A DNA stretch of 64,000 nucleotides, taken from an uncultured Bacteroidales bacterium. Its GTDB lineage: Bacteria > Bacteroidota > Bacteroidia > Bacteroidales > FEN-979. The translations under genes and the position numbers were made by a program. Below, piece by piece: positions 18,601-26,547 of this stretch. The notes under the pieces were generated by a model. The model was not told the DNA's origin, did no database searches, and saw nothing but the letters and a program-made list of their open reading frames with translations. The DNA lies in assembly GCA_903837605.1 (NCBI GenBank), contig CAILVF010000041.1, forward strand, positions 11,524 to 75,523. Reading direction: 5' to 3'. The number at the start of each line of letters is the position of its first letter. The first letter of the stretch is position 1.

Positions 18601-20032
18601 CTTTTTGCGTGAACCGGGTAAAGGATTTTCCATCATACCGGTTTGCGCCTCCTGCCCAGGTTCCGAACCAGATATTTCCGTCTTTATCCTGAAAAATACT
18701 GAGGACCCGTTTGTCGCTGAGGCCTTCAGCTTCAGTATAATGTGTAAAAATGCTGCCGTTGTAACGGCTCACGCCGCTTCCCGCCCCGCCTATCCAGATG
18801 GTCCCGTTTTTATCCTGGAAAAGGCTGTATACGGTATGATTGCTCAAACCTTCTTTCTCTGATAAATGTTCGAATGTTTTGCCATCATATCTGAATAAAC
18901 CATCCTCATGGGTACCGAACCAAAGATCTCCGTTTTTATCCTGAATAATATCACCAACGGTCTTATTGCCCAAACCTTCTTTCCCGTTATACTGTAAAAA
19001 AGATTTTCCGTCATAACAACATACACCATTTCGACTTATACTGAACCAGATGTTGCCATTTTTATCTTCCAGCATACAGGGAACAGAAATATTGGTCAGG
19101 CCTTCCTTTGGGGTAAAATGCTTAATGGTTTTGCCGTCATAGCAAAAGACTCCGTTTGAAAAAGTGCCGAACCAAAGATTTCCGCTTTTATCCTGTATTA
19201 TGGATGAAATAGTATTCTTCGTGTTTTCGGACTGTATGCTGAAATTTGTAAAGGTTTTCCCATCGTATTTGCTGATGTGTCCGTTCAGTGCGCCTATCCA
19301 TATATTCCCGCTTCTATCCTGCATTATTGCTTTTATAACATGATAGCACAAGCCTTCTTTCTGAGTAAAATTTGTGAATTTTTTTCCGTCAAACCGGCTC
19401 ACGCCCCCGCCCCAGGTTCCGAACCACATGTTTCCGCTTTTGTCCTGAAGAATACAGGTGACAAAATCATTGCTCAGGCCTTCCTTGGTAGTAAAATGGG
19501 TAAAGTATTTTCCGTCATAACGGGTGGCGCCGCCTCCTGCAGTGGCGAACCACAGGTTCCCGTTATGGTCCTGCATAATGGAAAATATATTGTTATGCTT
19601 CAGGCCCTGGAGTTTGGTAAAGGAGCTGAAGTTCTTCGGGTTGTTGTCTTTGATATAGGCGTCTTTGACCAGCACCATTTCAGGCTCAGAGGCCATAAAC
19701 GGACTGTCAATGGCCGGAATTGTTTTTTGAATGAAAATACTGTCTTCTCCGGGCTTGTATATTCTGGGGGTGCCTGCCTTTACTACTTTGGGAGTTCCGG
19801 CAGGAAAAATATTGGTATTTGTCAATATGATTTCTGGTTTGCCTGCTTTTACTGCCAAAGGGTGACCTGCCAGAACGGTTTTTGGTTTTGCCATACTGTC
19901 GCGTGGTACAACAAAGCCTTTAGCTTCTGTTACTTTGGGGGAACAAGTATTTGGGCTTTCATGTTTTTGCTGCTCATGGCAGGCGATCAGGGAAAGAAAA
20001 AAAACCGTACCCAACAGGATCGTTGATTTCAT
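15689..20032 (-). CDS. Hybrid sensor histidine kinase: lipoprotein signal, about 12 regulator-propeller repeats, Y_Y_Y, TM, HisKA, HATPase, REC, HPt
   Basis: 1447-aa ORF. Repeated QDKSGNxWFGTxxGGxxRYDGKxFTHFT units. Y_Y_Y-like YKLEGLDENWSG...GTYTFTVKAMNSEG. H-box SHEIRTPMNAV. G-box GGTGLGLSISRQL. REC ILIADDNEYNR...LMDVQMPVMNG. C-terminal HPt QVHGHKTKFMMMG. Confidence 0.9.
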   Translation of the reverse strand: MKSTILLGTVFFLSLIACHEQQKHESPNTCSPKVTEAKGFVVPRDSMAKPKTVLAGHPLAVKAGKPEIILTNTNIFPAGTPKVVKAGTPRIYKPGEDSIFIQKTIPAIDSPFMASEPEMVLVKDAYIKDNNPKNFSSFTKLQGLKHNNIFSIMQDHNGNLWFATAGGGATRYDGKYFTHFTTKEGLSNDFVTCILQDKSGNMWFGTWGGGVSRFDGKKFTNFTQKEGLCYHVIKAIMQDRSGNIWIGALNGHISKYDGKTFTNFSIQSENTKNTISSIIQDKSGNLWFGTFSNGVFCYDGKTIKHFTPKEGLTNISVPCMLEDKNGNIWFSISRNGVCCYDGKSFLQYNGKEGLGNKTVGDIIQDKNGDLWFGTHEDGLFRYDGKTFEHLSEKEGLSNHTVYSLFQDKNGTIWIGGAGSGVSRYNGSIFTHYTEAEGLSDKRVLSIFQDKDGNIWFGTWAGGANRYDGKSFTRFTQKEGLSDQLLPSIIQDKSGNIWFGTWGNGAYCYDGKSFLHFTEKEGLAFNYVQNMLLDKSGNIWFGTDSEGECCFDGKYFTTYAEKQGLSNPSLIYSLQDKNGNLWFSTPLGVNRFDGKSFTHFTEKEGLINNYVTGMLQDRNGYFWFATRGGGVCRYDGKSFMYFTEKEGLLDNNVMSALQDKRGNLWFGTFSGLSKLSADYMEKLAKAKANGSDDQPALFKNYTYEDGFLGIGCNGTSIGEDDKGIIWIGTNDRLTAYHPEGDEADTSAPNIQMTGIQLFNENISWLKFYKKKDTSLVLGNGVRINKVRFDSISNWYFLPQNLSLAYNNNYLTFHFIGITQKQSQKVKYKYKLEGLDENWSGMTGRTEVPYGNIPQGTYTFTVKAMNSEGCWSKEFRYTFTIRPPWWKTWWARMGSGMIVLMLVLAFYFRRIASFRQRQKELEKEVEIATVEIRKEKEEAESQRAKAEKSEQFKQQFLANMSHEIRTPMNAVMGMTDLVLETSLEEKQRFYLERIKKSGENLLHIINDILDLSKIEAGKMELEHIDFSLTDLVDQVKQTLQHRAEEKGLAFMSIIMPDVPDIVIGDPARLNQVLMNLAGNAIKFTEKGSVTIEVRGENQEVRFAVIDTGIGIPQDKLQTVFENFSQVNVSDTRKHGGTGLGLSISRQLVGMMGGKIEIESREGSGTTFSFSVKLEYGSADRLEQLKGSEQSVDGSILDGLKILIADDNEYNRIVARDTLISKANLEIWEALNGQEVTDLVGKMKFDVILMDVQMPVMNGFDATRAIRANVESAAKDIPIIGLTASVLRTDLEKCREAGMNSYIPKPFNAQQLITGIAQVLNIELKVNKEALPISKGKQPSRVTDMAYLEHFCLGDKEKMQKYIHIFLDSARPFIEKINGVLNQDDFQEIAIQVHGHKTKFMMMGMHDAKNLSDIIEKQCREEINPDQVKENVLHLIRQIETAIIELKTIG

Positions 20033-20099
20033 GATGAATCGGTTAAGTTAAAAGGACGTTAGCTTATGAAGATGCCGAATGAGGTTCTTACATCCATAA

Positions 20100-20107
20100 C
20101 AAAAATA
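20100..20107 (-). promoter_or_regulatory. -7 promoter box TATTTTTG for the hybrid kinase
   Basis: The reverse complement of CAAAAATA matches TAnnTTTG, 68 nt upstream of the ATG at 20032. Confidence 0.35.
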
Positions 20108-20270
20108 AAACTTATTTTCAAAATCTCCTATATGCACCCGGGAAATCGGGCAGCTATTATCTCCTTTGGTACCACCAATCGGGAATACGGCATGCGAAAT
20201 ATAAAAAAGGCCACCCAGGCCGGCTTGCTCCGCACGGCCAATTATTTTAAATGATAAGCCACGATCTTCA

Positions 20271-20278
20271 TAAATTTG
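20271..20278 (+). promoter_or_regulatory. -7 promoter box TAAATTTG
   Basis: Matches TAnnTTTG, 24 nt upstream of the ATG at 20303. Confidence 0.5.
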
Positions 20279-20302
20279 CAAAACATAACGGTGTAAATTC
20301 AA

Positions 20303-22582
20303 ATGAAAATGACAAGAACCGTGGTGACCCTCTCATGGGCCCTTGTATTCACAGCATTCTCAACACTGATACCCGGGCAGACAAACAATACTTATCAATG
20401 GGCTGATTCAGTATTGACTTTACAAGAGAAGATCGGACAGCTTAACCAATACAACGACGATTGGGATGCCACGGGCCCTGTCACGGTTGGCCCGAATAAA
20501 GCGGAACAGGTTAAAAATGGCGAATTGCAACCACTGCCAAATTGTGTAAGCGTTCAACGGACGCTTCAGGGGCAATCGATCGCTATGCAGTCACGGATAT
20601 CAACTCCTCTCTTCTTCGGTCAGGATGCAATACATGAATGCAAAACCACATTCCCTTTAGGGGAATCCACCAACCGGGATTTGGCTGTGATCGATCCTCC
20701 GTTCAAGGCAGCGGCAGATGCAGGGGTGGCAAGGAATATGACCTCCTTTAACGATCAGTCCTATTATAAGCTTACCACTTCGAACGGTTTGATAGTGGCC
20801 GTTTATGATGCGAAAAAAGGATGTGTTGATTATGTCTTCCCCCATATTTTCGCTACCATCGATTCGGCCACTTACGTCGATCCTTTCATGGGGAATGTTT
20901 TCCTCGACACGGGAGAGACCCCGTTGGAGACCGGTTACCAGGAAAATACACATGTGATCCGGGTTCAATACCCGTCGTTCTCGGTCCGCTACTTTGCCTC
21001 TTTCATACGTGGTGACAAGGTGTTTTATATTGCGATAAAGGGTAAGAGGGAGCAGGTTGATAAGATAAAATGGAGAGGTGAGCATGGTGCCGGTAAAACG
21101 CTCAGCGGGAATACCCAATTATGCAACCCGTTGCAGGATTTGCCGGTTCGGCTGCATGGAACCCTGATAAAAGGCACAACCACCCTCTGCCTGGATAAGG
21201 GAGTCGTTGAGAAGTACTTCCTCTTTTCTTTGACCGACGCTAATCATACAGATACAGCAATTATCTCTAAGGCTGTATCTGCTCTGACCAAAGATGGAAG
21301 TTCACTGGCCGATGAAGAGGTGAATTTCATGAAAAGGGTTTTCAAGCGGTGCAGGATCCCGGCAAACCTGACCCCCCTGGAGAGAAATGTGGTTGAGCAA
21401 TCGATCTCAGTTTTTAAAATGTCGCAGGTTTCCGATAACGAAGTGTTCCCCTTGTCGCACGGACAAATTCTGGCCTCTTTGCGGCCAGGATTGTGGCATG
21501 TGTCATGGGTGCGCGATGGCAGTTATGCCATCCAGTCGATGACTCGTTTGGGAATGTTTGATGAATCAAGGAAAGCATTGCAATTTATGCTCTGCGCCAA
21601 AGCCGGGAAATACCGTTCTTACAAGTATACTGACGGGAAAGTCTATGGCCCTGGTGTTGATTATCAGATTTCTCTTACACGTTATTATGGCAATGGGGAA
21701 GAGGAGTGCGACTACAACGAGTACGGACCCAATATCGAGTATGATGATTTCGGGCTGTTCCTCATTGCATACAGCGATTATATAGACCGAAGCGGCGACA
21801 CAGCATTCTTTCGCAGATGGAATACACTGGTTGGGGAGAAGGTGGCCGATGTTACGATTCATTGCATCGGTCCCGATTCCTTGATCATGGCAGATTCCGG
21901 TCCATGGGAACACCATTTGCAGAAGACACGCCACTACACTTTCACTTCGGCCGTCTGCGCCCGGGGGTTGTTTCAATATGCGCAGCTTCAAAAGAAATTC
22001 GGACTGCCAGGTGAGAAGTATGCCATGGCTGCCCAACGGGTTAAAAAGGGCATTGTGTCTCATATGCTTCGCCGGGAAGGGTATTTCATGGGGAATTCAA
22101 CGGATACAGCTCAATCGGAACACGAACATTTTGATGCCGGCGTTTATGAACTGTTTGCGAATGGCTTGATGACCGACAAAGCATTGTTTGCATCACATCT
22201 TAAAGGTTGCAATCGTGCTTTACATATTCCGGGTGATCGTCAGGGTTACATTCGGTTGAATAGTAATGATCCCTACGAGAATCAGGAGTGGGTATTTATC
22301 AACCTTAGAATTGCTAATGCCTGTTTGTTGTTCGGTGAAAGAGATCAAGCTGCCACATTGATCAACCATGTAACTTTCCAAGCCAGCCATAATTTTAATA
22401 CTGTTCCGGAAATGTACAGCAATAAAGACCAGATGACCAGGGTCCCTGCCAATTTTTACAATTGGAATATCTGGTGCAACTGCATCAGGCAGGAAAGCAA
22501 TCAGTACATTGGAGCCATACCGATGGTTGGATATGGATCGGGTGCTTACATTTTAGCTCTGTATCGTTTTTATGGCTGGTAA
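20303..22582 (+). CDS. Secreted GH15-family glycoside hydrolase (glucoamylase/glucodextranase/trehalase-like) with an N-terminal GH3-derived remnant
   Basis: 759-aa ORF with a signal peptide. Residues about 38-150 carry GH3 N-terminal blocks (LTLQEKIGQL, TPLFFGQDAIHECKTTFP, MTSFND). The rest is GH15-like (WHVSWVRDGSYAIQSM, GPWEHH, (alpha/alpha)6-type C-terminal half). Confidence 0.75.
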   Translation: MKMTRTVVTLSWALVFTAFSTLIPGQTNNTYQWADSVLTLQEKIGQLNQYNDDWDATGPVTVGPNKAEQVKNGELQPLPNCVSVQRTLQGQSIAMQSRISTPLFFGQDAIHECKTTFPLGESTNRDLAVIDPPFKAAADAGVARNMTSFNDQSYYKLTTSNGLIVAVYDAKKGCVDYVFPHIFATIDSATYVDPFMGNVFLDTGETPLETGYQENTHVIRVQYPSFSVRYFASFIRGDKVFYIAIKGKREQVDKIKWRGEHGAGKTLSGNTQLCNPLQDLPVRLHGTLIKGTTTLCLDKGVVEKYFLFSLTDANHTDTAIISKAVSALTKDGSSLADEEVNFMKRVFKRCRIPANLTPLERNVVEQSISVFKMSQVSDNEVFPLSHGQILASLRPGLWHVSWVRDGSYAIQSMTRLGMFDESRKALQFMLCAKAGKYRSYKYTDGKVYGPGVDYQISLTRYYGNGEEECDYNEYGPNIEYDDFGLFLIAYSDYIDRSGDTAFFRRWNTLVGEKVADVTIHCIGPDSLIMADSGPWEHHLQKTRHYTFTSAVCARGLFQYAQLQKKFGLPGEKYAMAAQRVKKGIVSHMLRREGYFMGNSTDTAQSEHEHFDAGVYELFANGLMTDKALFASHLKGCNRALHIPGDRQGYIRLNSNDPYENQEWVFINLRIANACLLFGERDQAATLINHVTFQASHNFNTVPEMYSNKDQMTRVPANFYNWNIWCNCIRQESNQYIGAIPMVGYGSGAYILALYRFYGW

Positions 22583-22612
22583 AGCGGGTACTGTGGAAAA
22601 ATCAATTTGCGG

Positions 22613-23812
22613 TTATTGTTTTATGAATTTCTTCACCGTAATTCCTTCTTCAGTTTTGACTTTGATTAAATAAATTCCTGATGATAAATTTGCCAGATCC
22701 ACCATGGACTGAATACCAGTTGACCTTAATTTTTTCAGTATTTGCCCTTCGGGATTTAAAATTTCAATTTCGCATTTTTTAGTGCATCCAATTGTGAGTT
22801 TATTCTTAGCCGGATTGGGAAAAACAGTGATGTTTAATGCATTGTTTCCATCATTAATCCCCGTACCCAGGCAACTTCGCATTGGGGCACTTACCGTCAC
22901 AAATGCCGGATCAACAGTGATAATGCGATAAGATCGGTTAAATGCTGCGGCAGTTTGAACATAGCGCGTGCCTCCGGGCCTGTTTTCACCGACCGTATCT
23001 CCCTTTCTGTTCGCGACTACGTTTTGATGTTCATGCCCGGCAAGCACTACATCCACATGATTTGAATCACAAATATTAAGAAAAGTGGTCCTGTTGTTTT
23101 GAAGGGAGTTGGTAGCCGAATCTAAAACAGATGCAGTGTAAGGAGTGCCATCAGAGTTTGTGCCGGCCGCATTAACGGGTGGATGATGCATTACGATAAT
23201 TTTCCGTTTGCTGCTGTTACTGCTTAAAATGTTTCTGAGCCAGTTGATTTGCGCATTTGAAAGCCCGGTTCCCATGATGAGAGCTGGGTCGGGGGGATAG
23301 CCGTACGGACTGTCATGACCAGAACGCATACACACAATAATGGCGAGGTCAGTCTGAATTACATAATCGGTATCAGGTGTAATATATTTCGGATAATAAA
23401 ACAGTGTATCATTTGATATGGGCAGGCCGATTGAATCGAATCCCGTCCAGTATTCGTGGTTGCCCGGTGTGAAATAAATGGGTATGGTTTTAGCAGAATC
23501 AATGAAATAGGCGCCAACAGCCGGGTTTGTAAGAGCAGGCGGGAACAGGTGTTGTATAATTGCAGGATACATGCCCAACGGTTGCATGTTGCCTATGTCG
23601 GAAATATCACCCGTAACCAGAACAAATGCGGGTTTGGGATTCAGACCGGCAAATTCTTTTATGGCACATACGAAGTACTGTGCATTGGTATCACTGTTTG
23701 CAGCAGGGGTAGTCGACACGTGCATGTCGCTGATATGAATAAAAGAAAGTTGGGCGAAAGAGCACAAGTTTGCAATACAAATTATTCCGAAAAGTAAAAT
23801 CTGTTTTTTCAT
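22613..23812 (-). CDS. Calcineurin-like metallophosphoesterase with T9SS C-terminal sorting domain
   Basis: 399-aa ORF. Phosphoesterase motifs ISDMHV, TGDISD, GNHEYW, MHHPP and GHEHQN. C-terminal VFPNPAKNKLTI...GIYLIKVKTEEGITVKKFIKQ. Confidence 0.85.
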   Translation of the reverse strand: MKKQILLFGIICIANLCSFAQLSFIHISDMHVSTTPAANSDTNAQYFVCAIKEFAGLNPKPAFVLVTGDISDIGNMQPLGMYPAIIQHLFPPALTNPAVGAYFIDSAKTIPIYFTPGNHEYWTGFDSIGLPISNDTLFYYPKYITPDTDYVIQTDLAIIVCMRSGHDSPYGYPPDPALIMGTGLSNAQINWLRNILSSNSSKRKIIVMHHPPVNAAGTNSDGTPYTASVLDSATNSLQNNRTTFLNICDSNHVDVVLAGHEHQNVVANRKGDTVGENRPGGTRYVQTAAAFNRSYRIITVDPAFVTVSAPMRSCLGTGINDGNNALNITVFPNPAKNKLTIGCTKKCEIEILNPEGQILKKLRSTGIQSMVDLANLSSGIYLIKVKTEEGITVKKFIKQ

Positions 23813-24170
23813 GGTTCATTATTGTTACAGGTCGGGGTTATTATTTATTCAGGAATTGTTAAATTCTGTTTGCTGCATTTTGACTGAGATTGTCATAACA
23901 GACTGGAGAATCAAAGCTATGGCAAACCCCTTATGGAAACTCATTGAATGAATCTAATATGGCGATTCCGGATATTTTGAAAGTGAACACAGTTTATCTC
24001 TCGAACAAGGTAAAGGTACAGTATTGCAATCCTCAATGCAAGATAAACTGGTTTTTAAATATAAAGCAAACATGTAGATTTTGGTTTATTCTTTAATTAG
24101 ACTATTTCGCAAGTAATTTTATTTAATTCTTCCCGTTCATTGGATAGCTATTAATTAAATTAAATTAGAG

Positions 24171-24491
24171 ATGAGAAGAAAGACAATGCTTGCAGTAATT
24201 CTATTTTCCGCTGCTTTGATAGTTGCTTGCAAAAAAAGCAGCACCAATCCAAGTTTTACACCGGACTGCACAGGCGCAGCGAAATCATTCAGCAGGGATG
24301 TTTTACCGGTTTTCCAAAGCGTTTGTTCAACTTGTCATTCAAATTTCTCAAGCTATTCGAAGATATATGCAGACAGGTCTGCAATCAGAAGTAGGATTGT
24401 TGATGGGAGTATGCCCCAGAACAGCTCTGCATCAACAACACAATTGAATAACGTCGTTTGTTGGATTGACAATGGTGCGCCTAACAATTAA
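24171..24491 (+). CDS. Small lipoprotein with a single c-type heme-binding motif
   Basis: 106-aa ORF. Lipobox AALIVAC. CSTCH (CxxCH) followed by a GSMPQ candidate distal Met. The layout resembles the planctomycete-type cytochrome c domain. Confidence 0.55.
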   Translation: MRRKTMLAVILFSAALIVACKKSSTNPSFTPDCTGAAKSFSRDVLPVFQSVCSTCHSNFSSYSKIYADRSAIRSRIVDGSMPQNSSASTTQLNNVVCWIDNGAPNN

Positions 24492-24509
24492 TTCTTGCAA
24501 TAACAGTTT

Positions 24510-24900
24510 TTCAAAGCAGGCGCTTATAATCAACCGAAGGTTATCATAGGCTGCGGCCTTGTACTTCTTAACGGAAGTTCATATGGTATTTTAGCCGTTG
24601 ACGTCGAAACCCAGCGATTTTTATTTTCCAACCCAGCCATCTGCAAACTATTCGGATATACAGAAGAAGAGTTTCAGAGGCTTCGTATTGAAAATTTGGT
24701 ACCAAAGGAATCATTGAACCTTGTGATGTCGGAGGTTGCCTCCCAGATGCAGTGAGAGAAACCCATATCTTATGCTCAAACCTGCCTTAGAAAGGCGGAA
24801 CGATTTTCCATGCTGATATTGCCGGCGCTCCCATTGTTCTTAGGGAAGAAAATGCAGCGTTGGCTTTTTCAATGATGTGACCGAACGCAAACAACTATCT
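24510..24900 (+). pseudogene. Decayed PAS-domain sensor fragment
   Basis: Frame 0 (from 24585) reads GILAVDVETQRFLFSNPAICKLFGYTEEEFQRLRIENLVPKESLNLVMSEVASQMQ, then TGA at 24753. The PAS continuation GGTIFHADIAGAPIVL is in a second frame (24794) and GFFNDVTERKQL in a third (24862). No start codon and no kinase domain. Confidence 0.7.
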
Positions 24901-24948
24901 CTGCGTTTCTTCCGTGAAAAAACTAATGCTGATCCCGGTTTTTCCGGA

Positions 24949-26277
24949 TTAATTATCCCTGATGCATCTCACTGAACATCCGCCTTTTTTAAAGGGGAAC
25001 AGAGAGTATATGTCGCTGTAACACCAGCGCAGGCTTCGGTACCATGCTGAATTGGTATTATAAGATGTGGCAGTCCAGAAACTGCAATCGTGATTGTTAT
25101 CCGGAGCCAGGCTCCATGCGCCTGTGGCAGTCCTGTAATTTGTGCAAAGTGCTGTAAACCCTGCAGCATTCAATCCATAGGTCGAATCCATGTATGCCCA
25201 TCGGGTATTGCAGCCTTCCTTCAAAATCCTTCCGATTTCAGTGCCTGTACCACCAAGAGCTGTTGTATCAATGGCAGGGTCAAGGAACTTCTCTAAAATA
25301 TTCCATTCATGGTTAGAAGCGACATGCCATCCTGAGGGGCAGATATTCCGGGAATTGGAGACTGCATAGAAATTGTACAGGTGACCGTAATATTGCCCTT
25401 CGGAAGGAAGATTATGATAATCACACCATGCCCCTGTGCTGAGATTCCCCCAGGCAGCGCTGTCGGTCACATTGGGAATATCCGACCCGTCCCGGTATTT
25501 GGTGGTTTTCAGGTTTTCCTCCATCCATAGTTGTGAACCTATCTGAACAACAGCATAATGATTGCTGTCGGCATCGGCGCATTGTACAAAATTGAAAGTC
25601 ACCGACTGACTTTGATGTGGAAAAAGCATGCTGACTGTTCTGAAATTTCCTGATTTTCCAGTTAGTTTCAGTGTGTCACCGGGATTGAAGAGCATGTTTA
25701 TTAATGATTTTGTTTTCAGGATGTCTTTCCGGGTTTCTGGTCCCTGTAAATAATGTCCCTTTTTTGTACCACCTTGAGGCCCTGTATTTATTACCGGCGG
25801 TTCGGCAGGACAGGATGCAGTGCTGATCAGTTTCGACGTATACAGATATTCATTCGATTCAATTTCCAGGTAGTACATACCTGAAGGAATCCCATACAGA
25901 ACAAACCCCTGGCGACCTTCCTGAAAGAACTCTTTTTTCTGCAGGATCATTTTCCCAGCCATATCGTATATCAGGATGCCGGCATTACCTGCTGCTGCCG
26001 CCTCAAATTCAACAGAACAATTTCCCGGTGAAGGATTCGGATAAATTTTCATTTGGTACTCATTTGGACGGAGTTCCCCATTGATCCCGACTATTGGTGT
26101 AAGGTTTAATGTATCTGATCCGGCGACGGTAAGGCTGGTACATTGTGACAGGTTCTCCACTTTTACCGAATCAATACTTGTGCCCGCACTTGTTCCTTCA
26201 AAATTGATTTTATAATTCTGTGCGTGACTTTGAAAAACGGCAATCATCATTAATATTGAAAAGGCAATAGTTTTCAT
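24949..26277 (-). CDS. Secreted protein with C-terminal FISUMP (Fibrobacter succinogenes major paralogous) domain and an internal T9SS-CTD-like beta-sandwich
   Basis: 442-aa ORF with a signal peptide. Residues about 77-152 read IYPNPSPGNCSVEFEA...GMYYLEIESNEYLYTSKLI. C-terminal IGSQLWMEENLKTTKYRDGS...GHLYNFYAV...CPSGWHVASNHEW matches the FISUMP pattern. Confidence 0.8.
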   Translation of the reverse strand: MKTIAFSILMMIAVFQSHAQNYKINFEGTSAGTSIDSVKVENLSQCTSLTVAGSDTLNLTPIVGINGELRPNEYQMKIYPNPSPGNCSVEFEAAAAGNAGILIYDMAGKMILQKKEFFQEGRQGFVLYGIPSGMYYLEIESNEYLYTSKLISTASCPAEPPVINTGPQGGTKKGHYLQGPETRKDILKTKSLINMLFNPGDTLKLTGKSGNFRTVSMLFPHQSQSVTFNFVQCADADSNHYAVVQIGSQLWMEENLKTTKYRDGSDIPNVTDSAAWGNLSTGAWCDYHNLPSEGQYYGHLYNFYAVSNSRNICPSGWHVASNHEWNILEKFLDPAIDTTALGGTGTEIGRILKEGCNTRWAYMDSTYGLNAAGFTALCTNYRTATGAWSLAPDNNHDCSFWTATSYNTNSAWYRSLRWCYSDIYSLFPFKKGGCSVRCIRDN

Positions 26278-26514
26278 ATTTCACTTGTATTAATGTCTTT
26301 TGGTCCTTGTGTTTTCAGGTTGATGATTGCCTTTTAAAGGTCATCTGTTTTATTGATCTTTAAAATTCAGCCTGGTTGCCTGAAAAAATGTTTTTGCCGT
26401 TAAGATAGGCTTATTGACAGTCGGTTAACGTGAATGGTAATGTTAGACCGTTTTAAAGTATTCTGTTTGAGCGGCTTTTCGGTATTAACAAGGGAATGAG
26501 TTATGCTTTTATAC

Positions 26515-26522
26515 TATCTTTG
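26515..26522 (+). promoter_or_regulatory. -7 promoter box TATCTTTG
   Basis: Matches TAnnTTTG, 25 nt upstream of the ATG at 26548. Confidence 0.5.
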
Positions 26523-26547
26523 AATGCTAAATCAAAACATACATCCT

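Noticed and set aside
15728-20026. Plus-strand ORFs antisense to the hybrid kinase (for example 16332..16922 and 19277..20026)
   Set aside because: They are mirror-frame artefacts of a long repeat-rich CDS, with no signal, motif or promoter box.
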